The position numbers were made by a program, and so were the translations under genes. DNA of 64,000 nucleotides, from the NCBI GenBank assembly GCA_035936995.1, contig DASYVR010000002.1:5311-69310 (forward strand), read 5' to 3'. Under the pieces are notes generated by a model. That model worked only from the letters and a program-made list of their open reading frames with translations, was not told the DNA's origin and searched no databases. Within the stretch, counting starts at the first letter, position 1. Every line of letters starts with the position of its first letter. Shown here in pieces: positions 18,702-28,774 of this stretch. The stretch is from Candidatus Dormiibacterota bacterium (GTDB lineage: Bacteria > Chloroflexota > Dormibacteria > CF-121).

Positions 18702-20018
18702 GTGATGGCCTCACTCGAGCGATGGATTCGCCGCCGGAGGAAGGTGGTTACCCTTGTAGCCATGGAAACGCGCCCACGCGCGTGGGGCTGGATCGGGCGG
18801 CTGCAGCCGCGCACGTTCGATCGGCTGCTGGTTGGCGTTCTCCTTTTGCTCGGGCTGATCAACACACTCCTCGATCTGCGATTCGCGGATCGAGGGCTGC
18901 GTCTCCCCTCCGGTGCTCCAGCCGGCACCGCCATCCTTATCTTTGTCGGCCTTGCCCTATTGCTGCTGCAAGTCGTTCCGCTGCTCTGGCGACGCAGCCA
19001 TCCGAGCTTCGTCCTCCTGCTGGTCGCCGGCGCCTTCGGCGCCAGGGTCTTGTTGGGTTTCAATCCGGGGATCGCCGGGTTCGGGCTCCTGGTCGCGATG
19101 TACAGCGTCGCCGCCTACGAGGTGGGGGTTCGACGGGTGTTTTTTCTGGTCGTCGCCGGCCTGGGTTTCGTGGCGGGCTTTGTCGCCTTCGTCATCACTG
19201 GCAACCCCCGGTCGTTCGCCATCACTGTCCCAAGTGTGTTCTTCGTTGCCGCCTGGCTGATTGGTGATTACCTTCGGACCCGGCGCGCCTACGTCGCCCA
19301 GCTGGAGGAACGGGCAGCCCGGCTCGAGCGTGAGCGGGACCAGGACCGACAGCTCGCGGCCGACGAGGAGCGGTCACGGATTGCGCGCGAGCTGCACGAC
19401 GTGGTCGCCCACGATGTCAGCGTGATCGCGATCCAGGCCGGCGCGGCGCGAGCGGTGCAGGCCACCAGGCCCGAGGCAGCGGCGCAGGCCCTCGGCCTGA
19501 TCGAAACGACAGCGCGGGAGACCCTCATCGAGTTGAATCGGCTGCTCGGGGTGCTGCGCGGAAGCAATGGCGCCTCTCCCGATCGCAGCCCGCAGCCCGG
19601 GATCGGGCAACTGGCCGGTCTCGTCGAGGAACTGCGCGCCGCCGGGCTCGAGGTCGACGCGCGGGTTGACGGCGAACCGCGGTCACTTCCGCCGGCGCTC
19701 GACCTGTCCGCCTACCGGATCGTGCAGGAGGCGACGACCAACGTCCTCAAACACGCCGGCGCCCGACGCGTTGACATCCGGGTGCACTACACGGAGACGA
19801 TGCTCGCACTCGATGTCCGCGATGACGGCGCCGGCGACGGTAGCGACTCGGCCTCGTCGTCGGGACATGGGCTGATCGGGATGCGTGAGCGGGTCGCCGT
19901 CTTCGGCGGCGAGCTACGGGCGGGGCGCGATCCCGCCGGCGGATTCTCGGTGCACGCGCGTCTCCCCATCGACAGCACTCACTCCCCCCTTCGGGGGGAG
20001 GGTCGGGGTGGGGGGTGA
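18702..20018 (+). CDS. Sensor histidine kinase, HisKA_3 (DesK/LiaS) type, multi-TM N-terminus
   Basis: RIARELHDVVAHDVSVIAIQAGAA H-box, HATPase_c G-boxes; the last ~12 codons are derived from a G-rich repeat copy. Confidence 0.8.
   Translation: MMASLERWIRRRRKVVTLVAMETRPRAWGWIGRLQPRTFDRLLVGVLLLLGLINTLLDLRFADRGLRLPSGAPAGTAILIFVGLALLLLQVVPLLWRRSHPSFVLLLVAGAFGARVLLGFNPGIAGFGLLVAMYSVAAYEVGVRRVFFLVVAGLGFVAGFVAFVITGNPRSFAITVPSVFFVAAWLIGDYLRTRRAYVAQLEERAARLERERDQDRQLAADEERSRIARELHDVVAHDVSVIAIQAGAARAVQATRPEAAAQALGLIETTARETLIELNRLLGVLRGSNGASPDRSPQPGIGQLAGLVEELRAAGLEVDARVDGEPRSLPPALDLSAYRIVQEATTNVLKHAGARRVDIRVHYTETMLALDVRDDGAGDGSDSASSSGHGLIGMRERVAVFGGELRAGRDPAGGFSVHARLPIDSTHSPLRGEGRGGG
19982..20016 (+). 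repeat. G/C-rich hairpin repeat copy overlapping the 3' end of the kinase gene
   Basis: actccccccttcggggggagggtcggggtggggggtga. Confidence 0.85.
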
Positions 20019-20674
20019 TCCGAGTCCTGATCGTGGATGACCAGGCGCTGGTGCGGGCCGGCTTTCGCATGATCCTTGAGGCCCAGCCCGATCTCGAGGT
20101 CGTCGGGGAGGCCGGGGATGGATCAGCGGCGATCGATGCCGTCCGCACCCTTCGGCCCGATGTCGTGCTGATGGACGTTCGGATGCCCGGTGTCGATGGC
20201 ATCGAGGCGACTCGCCGGCTGACCGAAGCCGGCGTGCCGAGCAAGATCGTGATCCTGACGACCTACGACCTGGACGAATACGTCTTCGACGCGCTGGCCG
20301 CTGGCGCGAGCGGCTTCCTGCTCAAGCACGTCCCGCCGGAGGAGCTGGTCCATGGCGTGCGGGTAGCGGCCGCTGGCGATGCCTTGGTGGCGCCGTCGAT
20401 CACGAAGCGCCTGATCGAGGAGTTTGCGAAGCAGCGGGCGCCCGTCCGCGCTTCCGGCACCGACCTCAACACCCTGACCGACCGCGAGCAAGAGGTAATG
20501 CGGCTGCTGGGCCGCGGCCTCTCGAACCCCGAGATCGCGCGCGAGCTGAAGGTCGGGGAAGCCACGGTCAAGACCCACGTCGCCCACGTGCTCGACAAGC
20601 TGGGGCTCCGCGACCGCGTCCAGGCGGTGATCTTCGCCTACGAGGTCGGTCTGATCAAGCCCGGCGCTGCCTAG
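20015..20674 (+). CDS. Response regulator, NarL/LuxR family
   Basis: REC domain with D-D-K residues plus C-terminal LuxR HTH (TDREQEVMRLLGRGLSNPEIARELKVGEATVKTH). Confidence 0.9.
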   Translation: MIRVLIVDDQALVRAGFRMILEAQPDLEVVGEAGDGSAAIDAVRTLRPDVVLMDVRMPGVDGIEATRRLTEAGVPSKIVILTTYDLDEYVFDALAAGASGFLLKHVPPEELVHGVRVAAAGDALVAPSITKRLIEEFAKQRAPVRASGTDLNTLTDREQEVMRLLGRGLSNPEIARELKVGEATVKTHVAHVLDKLGLRDRVQAVIFAYEVGLIKPGAA

Positions 20675-20680
20675 AAGAAC

Positions 20681-20709
20681 TCGCTCCCCCTTGCGAGGGA
20701 GAAGGGGCC
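20681..20709 (+). repeat. Degenerate G/C-rich hairpin repeat
   Basis: ctcgctcccccttgcgagggagaaggggcc. Confidence 0.5.
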
Positions 20710-20819
20710 TGCCGCCTCCTCCATTAAGGGGAGCCAAAGATCGTGCGCGCAGATGACGACATCTCGACGCCATGGCCCTACTGTCAATGGCAGACATCGT
20801 TTCCTAAAGGAGATAGTTA

Positions 20820-21725
20820 ATGGCATCAAGCGAAAACGTCATCACGACCCACAAGCTGACCAAGCGATACGGCGCGTCGATCATGGCGGTCGACAGCCTC
20901 GACCTCGAGGTGCGGCGCGGCGAGGTCTTCGGATTCCTGGGCCCGAACGGAGCCGGGAAGACAACCACCCTGCGCATGTTGCTGGGCCTCATTCGGCCGA
21001 CATCCGGATCCGCCACCGTAGCCGAGCATCGACCGGGCGACCCCGAGGGTCTGCGCCAGATCGGCTCGCTCGTCGAGTCCCCGGCGTTTTATCCCTATCT
21101 TTCGGGTCGCGAGAATCTCAAGATCATGTCGGACTACGCCGGGGTTCCGCACACGCGCGTTGATGCGGCGCTCGAGGAAGTCGACCTGGCGGACCGCGCG
21201 AAGGATCGCTTCGGCACCTACTCGATGGGGATGAAGCAGCGCCTTGCCGTGGCGGCGGCGTTGATCAAGGACCCGGAGCTCATGATCCTCGATGAGCCGA
21301 CCAACGGCCTCGACCCGCAGGGGGTCGTCGAGATGCGCTCCCTGATCCGCCGGTTGGGCACCGGCAATCGGACCGTCATGCTCTCGAGCCACCTGCTCAA
21401 CGAGGTCCAGCAGATCAGCGACCGCGTCGCAATCATCCGCAAGGGCAAGCTCGTCGCGCAGGGCACCGTCCACGAGTTGCGCGGCGAGTCGGCGATCGTG
21501 GTTCGGGTGAAACCGGTCGATGCGGCTCGGCGGCAGCTGGATCGCATGCTCGGCGCGGCGGCCGTGACCGCCGTCGACGGCACGCTGCGGCTCTCGGTGG
21601 ACCCCGACCGGGCCGCCGACATCAATGACGCGCTGGTTGGCGCCGGGATCAAGGTCAGCGAGTTGCGCGCGGTCGAACGAACCCTCGAGGAAGTCTTCCT
21701 CACCCTGACAGGAGAAGCAGCATGA
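20820..21725 (+). CDS. ABC transporter ATP-binding protein
   Basis: Walker A GPNGAGKTT, signature LSGGMKQRL-like YSMGMKQRL, Walker B ILDEPT. Confidence 0.9.
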   Translation: MASSENVITTHKLTKRYGASIMAVDSLDLEVRRGEVFGFLGPNGAGKTTTLRMLLGLIRPTSGSATVAEHRPGDPEGLRQIGSLVESPAFYPYLSGRENLKIMSDYAGVPHTRVDAALEEVDLADRAKDRFGTYSMGMKQRLAVAAALIKDPELMILDEPTNGLDPQGVVEMRSLIRRLGTGNRTVMLSSHLLNEVQQISDRVAIIRKGKLVAQGTVHELRGESAIVVRVKPVDAARRQLDRMLGAAAVTAVDGTLRLSVDPDRAADINDALVGAGIKVSELRAVERTLEEVFLTLTGEAA

Positions 21726-22567
21726 TCAACAGTTTCAAAGCGGAATGGCGCAAATTGCGGCAACGACCGGCGGTCTGGGTGCTCGGCGGCATCATGCTCG
21801 CCGCACTCTTCCTCTTCGGATACGCGTTCAACTGGATACAGCTATCGTTTCCGTCGAAGACCTTTCACAGCGATGCGGGACTCACGATCGCCCAGCTGAA
21901 GACGGCGCTCTACCCCATCAACTTCGTCAAGAATTCTCTGGAGGGCGTCGGCATTGTCGGCAGCATCCTCACCCTGATTCTGGGCGCGCTCGCTGTCGGT
22001 AGCGAGTTTGGCTGGGGCACCGTCAAGACGGTCTACACGCAGCGGCCCGGGCGGCTGCAGGCGCTGGCCGGGCAGGTGGGCGTCGTCAGCGTGATCGCCG
22101 CCATCTTTACGGTCGCGTTCTATGCGGTGGCGGCGCTGGCCAGCCTGGGCATTGCCCTTGGGGACGGTGCGACCATCACCTGGCCGGCCGCGATCGACAT
22201 CATCAAGGCGCTGGGCGCGACCTGGCTCATCTTCGAGTCCTGGAGCCTCTTCGGCATGGCGTTGGCCTACCTCTTTCGGCAGTCCGCAATGGCAATCGGC
22301 ATCGGGCTGGCGTATGTGCTCGCGATCGAGGGCATCCTGTTCCGGCTGCTCGGTGGCTTCGACGCCGGCTGGGTGACGACCATCGAGAAGTTCTTCCTCG
22401 GTCAGAACGCGGGGGCGCTGATCAAGTCGTTCGGCCAACCCTTCGCGAGCCCTGGAGCCGCGGCACCGATTGTGACGGCTGGCGTCGCGGTGCTGGTGCT
22501 TGTCGTCTACTCCCTCGTCTTCGCCGGCGTGACATCGCTTGTCGTGCGGACTCGCGACGTCACCTAG
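21722..22567 (+). CDS. ABC-2 type transporter permease
   Basis: 6 TM helices, start overlaps the ATPase stop. Confidence 0.7.
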   Translation: MINSFKAEWRKLRQRPAVWVLGGIMLAALFLFGYAFNWIQLSFPSKTFHSDAGLTIAQLKTALYPINFVKNSLEGVGIVGSILTLILGALAVGSEFGWGTVKTVYTQRPGRLQALAGQVGVVSVIAAIFTVAFYAVAALASLGIALGDGATITWPAAIDIIKALGATWLIFESWSLFGMALAYLFRQSAMAIGIGLAYVLAIEGILFRLLGGFDAGWVTTIEKFFLGQNAGALIKSFGQPFASPGAAAPIVTAGVAVLVLVVYSLVFAGVTSLVVRTRDVT

Positions 22568-22593
22568 CCTTCCCCTTCTCCCCGATCGATGCT

Positions 22594-22646
22594 TCCCTCC
22601 CCTATTGCGGGGGAGGGTTCATTTTTCTGGGGAGAGTCGGGGTGGC
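22594..22646 (+). repeat. G/C-rich hairpin repeat copy
   Basis: cttccctcccctattgcgggggagggttcatttttctggggagagtcggggtgg. Confidence 0.75.
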
Positions 22647-22648
22647 CA

Positions 22649-23473
22649 CTATTGACAGTTCGACTCGCCACCGGAGATCTGCCAGCCGCCCAGGAACCCA
22701 CGCCAGTCGAGCGTGATCCGTCCCGTGCAGTGCTTCCCCGAACGCGCCAGCGTGTAGGTGACCGGATACGATACGGATCCGCCCGCCCATTCAGCGGGGC
22801 CGTTGTAGAAAGTCCCTACGGGCCCGCCCGGCAACTCTCCCCGGCGGGCGGCATCGCCGAGCGCGATCGATGACCGGCCCCAGTAGGCAAACGCACCGCT
22901 GCCCGCCACAAAGAGAACCATCACCCCAAGCAGGACGGCGAGCCGCCGGCGGCGCTGCTCGGCGCTCAATCCCGGCCCGACGGCCGCCCTGTTGGGCACA
23001 ACGAGCGTGCCCGCCAAATGGTCGCCGATTCGCTGGCGGCGTGGCGAGAACCGCGCCACGAGGGCTCCGACCAGGTAGAAACCCGGGAGAGAATCGATCA
23101 GGCGCAGGACATTGCGTATAACCACGGCCCGCCAGCCCGCCGCGCGCCCACTCAGGTCGGTGACTCGGATACGGACCGCGGCTTTGCCTACCGTATTTCC
23201 GAACAGTCCCTCGAGCAACGCGAAGTAGCTGATCGCGGCAACCCAAAGCCAGACGCCATCAACCGTCGCGCTGTTGCTCGTAAAGGAGGAGTATCCCCCG
23301 CTCGTCGACGGATCCAGGACCGCATTCGTGATGTGTTCGCTTCCGAACACGCCGTTGACCACGGACTGGATGACGGATACGACGAGCAGGTCGACCACGA
23401 TGGCGAGCGTCCGCGCCCACAGGCTGGCAGTCTCGATTCCCGCGGCGGGCGCGTTCCGGGTCACGGGGTCCAT
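22649..23473 (-). CDS. RDD family membrane protein with a C-terminal extracytoplasmic Cys-containing domain
   Basis: RQRIGDHLAGTLVV RDD-family motif, 3 TM helices. Confidence 0.55.
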   Translation of the reverse strand: MDPVTRNAPAAGIETASLWARTLAIVVDLLVVSVIQSVVNGVFGSEHITNAVLDPSTSGGYSSFTSNSATVDGVWLWVAAISYFALLEGLFGNTVGKAAVRIRVTDLSGRAAGWRAVVIRNVLRLIDSLPGFYLVGALVARFSPRRQRIGDHLAGTLVVPNRAAVGPGLSAEQRRRRLAVLLGVMVLFVAGSGAFAYWGRSSIALGDAARRGELPGGPVGTFYNGPAEWAGGSVSYPVTYTLARSGKHCTGRITLDWRGFLGGWQISGGESNCQ

Positions 23474-23500
23474 CCGTCGAGAGCTTAGCGCTGACTGCGG

Positions 23501-24664
23501 CTAACTGCGGTAGGTAAGGAGTGGCACCAGTTGCTCTCCCGGCGTCAACGAGCCATGGTGCCCATTCAAGCGCGCCTGCGCCGGGTCGACGTCGCGCTGG
23601 ACGATGCCCACCCGCCCGTAGGCGGCTGCGACGAGATCACCGATCCGCTCCCTCGCCTGGTCGCTGACCCGCGGTCCGAAGATCCCGGTCGCGACCGCCT
23701 CCTCGCGGGTCCACACCCACATGCGGTCGCCCAAGATCGAGCGCCAGGCGCTGACCACGTCCGCGGCCGCCCCGGGGGCCGTCCGGACGTACCGGGCGCG
23801 GGCCTCGCCCGCCAGTAGCGTGACGCCGGCCGCCAGCTCGCGATGGTCGGCGAGATCGATCCGCTCGTTGGGCCGAAGGTCCACCATGCCGTGATCGCCC
23901 GTGACCACCAGCACCGTGCCGGCGGGCAGCGCCTCGGCCAGCGTTCGGACGGCGCGGTCGACGGCGACCAGCTCGTCCCGCCAGGCCTGCGAGGCGACCC
24001 CCTCGACGTGGCCGGCCGTGTCCAGGCGCGGATGATACCCATGGACAAACGCGCGCGTGGCTTGGAGCCGCGTCAGCGCCGCCTCTCGAATCGCCTCTAG
24101 CGAGTCCGCGGGGTGGAACCTTTGCCCTCGGCTGACGGCCCGGCTGAGCCCGGAGCCCTGGTGAAAGGCCGGGCCGAGGTAATGGATCGGGACGCCCGCC
24201 GCCGCGGCGCGCTCCGGCAGCGTCGGCAGCGGCTGGAACACCTCCGGCATCACCTCTTCGAGCAGACCAACCCGGGGACCCAGCCCATAGAGCGACCAGG
24301 TCAGGGTATTGAACGCCCGGTCGTAGCCGGGCAGCGCCATCGTATAGCCGACCAGGCCATGCTCGCCCGGCGGCAGCCCGGTCGCCAGCGAGCTGATGCT
24401 GGCGGCCGTCGTCGCCGGGAAGCCCGCCGTCAGCGGCTCGCCGGCCAGCGAGTTCAGGAACGGCGCGGCATCCTGGTGGGCGCGCAGCAGCTCCCAGCCG
24501 AGGCCGTCCACCAGCAGCAGGCAGGCGCGGGCCGCCGGCTCGAGCTGGAGCGGATTCGCAAAACCAGCCATCCCCAGCGAGCTGAGCAGAGAGGGCACCA
24601 CCTCGGCGAGCGTGCGGGAGCCATAGCGCGGAAGCGGCAGCGGAGGCGGCTTCGGGCCGGTCAT
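23501..24664 (-). CDS. Alkaline phosphatase superfamily protein (nucleotide pyrophosphatase/phosphodiesterase-like)
   Basis: LLLVDGLGWELL and VLVVTGDHGMVD AP-superfamily metal-site motifs; the longer ORF to 25816 is rejected as antisense to the 24776 kinase gene. Confidence 0.7.
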   Translation of the reverse strand: MTGPKPPPLPLPRYGSRTLAEVVPSLLSSLGMAGFANPLQLEPAARACLLLVDGLGWELLRAHQDAAPFLNSLAGEPLTAGFPATTAASISSLATGLPPGEHGLVGYTMALPGYDRAFNTLTWSLYGLGPRVGLLEEVMPEVFQPLPTLPERAAAAGVPIHYLGPAFHQGSGLSRAVSRGQRFHPADSLEAIREAALTRLQATRAFVHGYHPRLDTAGHVEGVASQAWRDELVAVDRAVRTLAEALPAGTVLVVTGDHGMVDLRPNERIDLADHRELAAGVTLLAGEARARYVRTAPGAAADVVSAWRSILGDRMWVWTREEAVATGIFGPRVSDQARERIGDLVAAAYGRVGIVQRDVDPAQARLNGHHGSLTPGEQLVPLLTYRS

Positions 24665-24775
24665 CCAGTTACCGTCTACCGACCGGCAGATGACTGGTAA
24701 GCTGGGCCGATCTTGACCAACGCGGGTAACACGAATTGTTTGACTTTCACACGCCTCTTTTGTATACAGTAGGTA

Positions 24776-25870
24776 GTGCCCAAGAGTAGACAGCCGCGAC
24801 GCCCGCAGGTCGGTACGCGGGGGCACCAGCTCTCCACCGAGGGCACCAACGGATCCAACGGGTCCCGGACCGGCGGACTCTCCGCCGCCGACGCCGAACT
24901 GATCCTCGCCGTCCTTCGGGAACTCAAAAAAGGCGACTTCTCCGTTCGGATGCCGCTGTCGGCGAACGGCCTCATGGCCAGGATCGGCGCCGAATTGAAC
25001 GGAATCATCGAGCTCAATGAGCGCAACGCCAAGAACCTGTCCGGCGTGGCCACCATCGAAGCCAACATTCGCACCGAAGAGCTGCTGAAGCAGTCGCAGA
25101 TCCTCTTCGCCGAGGCGCAGGAGGCGAGCAAGAGTAAGAGCGCCTTCCTCAGCATGGCGGCGCACGAGCTCCGGACTCCCCTCTCCGTTATCACCGGCTA
25201 CCTCTCGATGTTGCAGGATGGCAGCATTCCGCCGGATAAAGCCGAGCGACCGTTGCGGGTGCTGATGGGCAAGGCGACCGAGCTGAACAGCATCGTCGAC
25301 GACCTGCTGACGGCCGCCCGCATCGAGGGCGGCACAGTGCCGACCGATACCAAGACGCTCGACCTCCGTCAGATGGCTCGCCAGGCAATCGGGCGCGCCG
25401 AGGCCCGTGCCGGGTTGCTCCGGGCGGAGATGGACCATAGCGAGCCGGACGATCCGGTTGCGGTCGACGCCGACCGTGAGCAGCTGGCCCGCATCATCGA
25501 CAATCTCCTCAACAACGCCCTGACCTACAGCACCGGCCGGCCTTGGGTCATGCTGACGGTTACTACTGAGGACGGCCCGGCACTGATCATCGAGGACCAC
25601 GGCGTCGGCGTTCCGCGCGAGAAGCAGGACAAGATCTTCGAGCGTTTCTTCCGGATCGACGATCCAGGACTCGGGCCTCAGCCCGGCACCGGTCTCGGCC
25701 TCTTCATCAGCCGCGAGCTGGCGGAGCGCCACGGTGGTTCCCTGACGCTCGAGCGAAGCGAGCTCGGCCATGGCAGCACCTTCATCCTTCGTCTCCCGCC
25801 CGCCAGCGGCGTGCACGCCGCCACGCTGCTGTCCGTCGCGCCGGCCCTGGATAGCGTCCCCGCGTCGTAG
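24776..25870 (+). CDS. Histidine kinase (cytoplasmic, HisKA + HATPase_c)
   Basis: AHELRTPLSVITGYLSML H-box; GLGLFISRELAERHGG G2 box. Confidence 0.75.
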   Translation: MPKSRQPRRPQVGTRGHQLSTEGTNGSNGSRTGGLSAADAELILAVLRELKKGDFSVRMPLSANGLMARIGAELNGIIELNERNAKNLSGVATIEANIRTEELLKQSQILFAEAQEASKSKSAFLSMAAHELRTPLSVITGYLSMLQDGSIPPDKAERPLRVLMGKATELNSIVDDLLTAARIEGGTVPTDTKTLDLRQMARQAIGRAEARAGLLRAEMDHSEPDDPVAVDADREQLARIIDNLLNNALTYSTGRPWVMLTVTTEDGPALIIEDHGVGVPREKQDKIFERFFRIDDPGLGPQPGTGLGLFISRELAERHGGSLTLERSELGHGSTFILRLPPASGVHAATLLSVAPALDSVPAS

Positions 25871-25872
25871 GC

Positions 25873-26907
25873 CTAGTGGGCGGTCACCCTAAAGTTGGCC
25901 GTTACAGCACGATTGTTCGAGTCGCCCACATCCATGCCCCAGGCGAGCGAATAGTCTCCAACCGGCGCGGACGCCGGGATCTGCACCACCATGGCGAAGG
26001 TGAAGGATGTTCCGGGAGCAACGACCGCCCCCATCGGCTGGCAGTTGAAGACGTACCAGGTCTTGCCCAGGCTCCAGCCGCCCGGTCCCCCCAAGTCTTG
26101 CGCGTAGGCGGGGCAGCCGTTCGGAAATGTGAGCGGTCTGCTGTAGACGCTCTTCAGCGTCACCTGGTAGTTGAGCGCGTGACCAACCACGGCGGTGGGC
26201 GGCACGTTGAGCGTGGCTTCGAAATACTGTGCGCCCGGTTCCGGCGACGCTGACGCGGTAGGTGGCGTCGACGGCTGGAAGGCGCCGACCCCGATCCGCG
26301 GCGGACAGAACGTCAACGGGCCGTCGCCCCGCGGGCTAACGGCAGACGTGGCGACAGTGCCACCGCCCGGGACGGTTATCCCGATCGCGGCCGCCTGGGC
26401 CAGGCCCCCTGTGCACGTTCCCGCTCCTGCATCGTCGTAGATGCTCCAATCGATCTCGACTAAGGCATGACCGGACGAGACGCTTTCGGACGATAACCCG
26501 GCAACCGGGTGAAGGACGACTGCGGTAGCTGTGAACCGCGTATTCGTGTAGACGGAGGTTGACAGGGTCGCCCCTTTGGCGCCGAAGAGGTCAACTGTCG
26601 CTATTCCCTCGAGGAGACACGGCGTGGAGGAAGTGTTGGCCAGGTCGACCGTGCCTGTCAGCTGGCCGTTGGTCAGACCCATCGCCCCGCCATAGGTCGC
26701 CGTCAAGTCGCTACCTGTGCAAGCTCCGGGCAACGCCTCGCCGACCGGGACGGCAAGCCCCTGGTGGTACGCCGGCGGCTTCGTGTCGATCCAGGGAATC
26801 GCCGCGTCGCCGGTGGCCGCCGGGGCCGGCGAAACCGTCGCCGCAGGTCCTCCGCAGCCGGTCACCAGGAGCGCCATCGGGAGTGCCACGAGCAACCGTC
26901 GGCCCAT
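25873..26907 (-). CDS. Lipoprotein of unknown function
   Basis: LLVTGCGG lipobox, 344 aa, no recognisable domain. Confidence 0.5.
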   Translation of the reverse strand: MGRRLLVALPMALLVTGCGGPAATVSPAPAATGDAAIPWIDTKPPAYHQGLAVPVGEALPGACTGSDLTATYGGAMGLTNGQLTGTVDLANTSSTPCLLEGIATVDLFGAKGATLSTSVYTNTRFTATAVVLHPVAGLSSESVSSGHALVEIDWSIYDDAGAGTCTGGLAQAAAIGITVPGGGTVATSAVSPRGDGPLTFCPPRIGVGAFQPSTPPTASASPEPGAQYFEATLNVPPTAVVGHALNYQVTLKSVYSRPLTFPNGCPAYAQDLGGPGGWSLGKTWYVFNCQPMGAVVAPGTSFTFAMVVQIPASAPVGDYSLAWGMDVGDSNNRAVTANFRVTAH

Positions 26908-27084
26908 TCGTCCGAATAACGGGCGCCCGCCCGTGAAGTTACTACGGAACCGTGCGCAGGGCAGCGGGGCGGTTTCGATTTACCCGATGCGTGCTGTACG
27001 GCAGAGCCGGGTCAGACGGCTTGCCCAGCCCTATGAGCTCCCGCGGCTGGCAGGTCATGCGCACCGAGAAGTAGCTAAGGCTAA

Positions 27085-27123
27085 TTCCCTCCCGCCTTGC
27101 AGGGGAGGGTCGCGGTGGGGGGT
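27085..27123 (+). repeat. G/C-rich hairpin repeat copy
   Basis: attccctcccgccttgcaggggagggtcgcggtggggggtg. Confidence 0.85.
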
Positions 27124-27156
27124 GAAGGAGCCCTCAAAGACAGCCGTTGATCCGAT

Positions 27157-28209
27157 GTGACGCGCGCTGCTCGCCCACACGCGACTGGGCAATCCGGGAG
27201 CTGGCGCCCAGGCGACGCCCAACTCGGATGGATCATCGAGAATCGGGTCGATGAGGCCTACATCCTCTCCTGGCCCGGCCAGCTCGAGACCTATGTGCCG
27301 CTGCACGACACCGGCGGCTACGATCGGGCCCGGGCCCCGCTCGGGAGCTATGACTTCCGGCTGGATCAGATCAAGGGCACGGCGAGCATTCATCCCGGAA
27401 ACCTCGTCGAGATCTCGTTCAACACGCCGGCCCTGCACCCGCGTCGGCATCTGGATTTCACGGTCGTTCGCTTCGACCTGAAGATCCGCGATTTGGTCGA
27501 CCCGGCGTGGCTCTTTCCCAGTACCAGGCTCGCCGAAGTGTGCACTCAGGACGCTTCCGTTGGACGCCCCGACCACTGGGTGTTTGCCGCGAATCCCTCG
27601 GGCCTCGCCCGGGACCGTGCGGCGAAGTACCAGGTGGCGCTTCGGGAGCTGGCCGCGGCTCGAGGCTGGTCGATCCTGCCTCCGAGGCTTCCTCAGCTAT
27701 CGGCCAACCCCATCGAGACGGGAACCTTCTTCGAGCGGCATTTCGACGCCGCCTTCCTGCAGGCGACCTCGGGCGATGAGGTCTTGATGGCGACCACTCC
27801 GGACAACTTCAGCCGCCACCGGCTCGCTTTTTCGAAGATGAGCGGACACTGGGCGTCTATCGCCATCCACGGATCGGCGGTAAGCAACGGCACCCAATTG
27901 ATCCAGGCCAACATCCACGCCGCGACCTTCTTTCCGCACCCTCGTCATTACATCCTGGTCCAGCACTACGACCGTCTGCGTGCCGAGTGGTACCCATGGA
28001 GCTGGTTCATCAATTCCACCGACTTCGCGAAACTGGCCACGGGCAAGGGCGCCTACCTGCTCTTTACCACTACGCTGAATCCCCAGCGGGTAAATCGCTG
28101 GACGCCATACCGAATCCCCACCAGTGACGCGGCCAAGGCCTACCAGTCCGCGCTCCACGGGCGCACTTCCCTGCCCCGGAGGGGGAGGGTCAGGGAGGGG
28201 GCCGCCTAA
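27157..28209 (+). CDS. Hypothetical protein (start uncertain); C-terminal ~12 codons derived from a repeat copy
   Basis: 350 aa ORF with good GC3 bias, no recognisable motifs. Confidence 0.4.
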   Translation: MTRAARPHATGQSGSWRPGDAQLGWIIENRVDEAYILSWPGQLETYVPLHDTGGYDRARAPLGSYDFRLDQIKGTASIHPGNLVEISFNTPALHPRRHLDFTVVRFDLKIRDLVDPAWLFPSTRLAEVCTQDASVGRPDHWVFAANPSGLARDRAAKYQVALRELAAARGWSILPPRLPQLSANPIETGTFFERHFDAAFLQATSGDEVLMATTPDNFSRHRLAFSKMSGHWASIAIHGSAVSNGTQLIQANIHAATFFPHPRHYILVQHYDRLRAEWYPWSWFINSTDFAKLATGKGAYLLFTTTLNPQRVNRWTPYRIPTSDAAKAYQSALHGRTSLPRRGRVREGAA

Positions 28210-28225
28210 CGGTCAGGGTGGGGGC
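28167..28225 (+). repeat. G/C-rich hairpin repeat copy with duplicated G-rich tail
   Basis: cttccctgccccggagggggagggtcagggagggggccgcctaacggtcagggtgggggc. Confidence 0.85.
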
Positions 28226-28601
28226 GATCCTGGCTCGCGAACGCGAGGATTAGCGCGAGGATCCCAAGAATACCCCCGACGAGTGGTCGCGATCCGCCGA
28301 CGCCGGCCTTTAGGTGGATCGCGGCTAGACCGACGTTGCCGACGGCGACCAACCCCGCCAGCCCGAGCGTCGCCGAGCGCGCCCCGGGTCGCTCGCCTCG
28401 TGTATAGCGCGCTGTTGCAACCGCGAGGAGTGCCGCCCAAAGGGCCAGCCCGACGACCGTACCGGCCGCACGGCCTGGCGCGTCATTGAACATCGCGGTC
28501 CGGGTTGCAAGGAATTCTCCGACGTCGGCCGTCCCCGCGAGGCAGACGGCGATCAGGCCCACGAGTGCGCCTTTCGTCGACCGACGGACGATCGAAGTCA
28601 C
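28206..28601 (-). CDS. Hypothetical membrane protein (start trimmed to avoid the FmdB gene)
   Basis: Hydrophobic helices; ORF table gives 28206..28679. Confidence 0.35.
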   Translation of the reverse strand: MTSIVRRSTKGALVGLIAVCLAGTADVGEFLATRTAMFNDAPGRAAGTVVGLALWAALLAVATARYTRGERPGARSATLGLAGLVAVGNVGLAAIHLKAGVGGSRPLVGGILGILALILAFASQDRPHPDR

Positions 28602-28612
28602 GCTTCGGGACT

Positions 28613-28774
28613 TTAGTAGGAACGGGGCGGAGCCGCGGAGAAGAGCGAGATAGCCTGCTTCACCTCTGTACTGCCGCACTTCGGACAGGCGTGCTCTTTT
28701 TCACGCTCCGCGTAACTTCCCATCACTTCGAATAGATCGCCGCACTTCGAGCACTTGAACTCATAGACTGGCAC
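28613..28774 (-). CDS. FmdB family zinc-ribbon protein (53 aa)
   Basis: GTG start; VPVYEFKCSKCGDLFEV...HACPKCGS matches the MPIYEY-CxxC...CPxCG FmdB pattern; AGGAGG RBS 8 nt upstream; below the 60-aa cutoff of the ORF track. Confidence 0.6.
   Translation of the reverse strand: MPVYEFKCSKCGDLFEVMGSYAEREKEHACPKCGSTEVKQAISLFSAAPPRSY

Noticed and set aside
24665-25816. N-terminal 384 aa of the 771-aa ORF 23501..25816
   Set aside because: This part is antisense to the histidine kinase gene 24776..25870, which has clear HisKA/HATPase motifs; the alkaline-phosphatase-like domain starts at the internal Met (24664).
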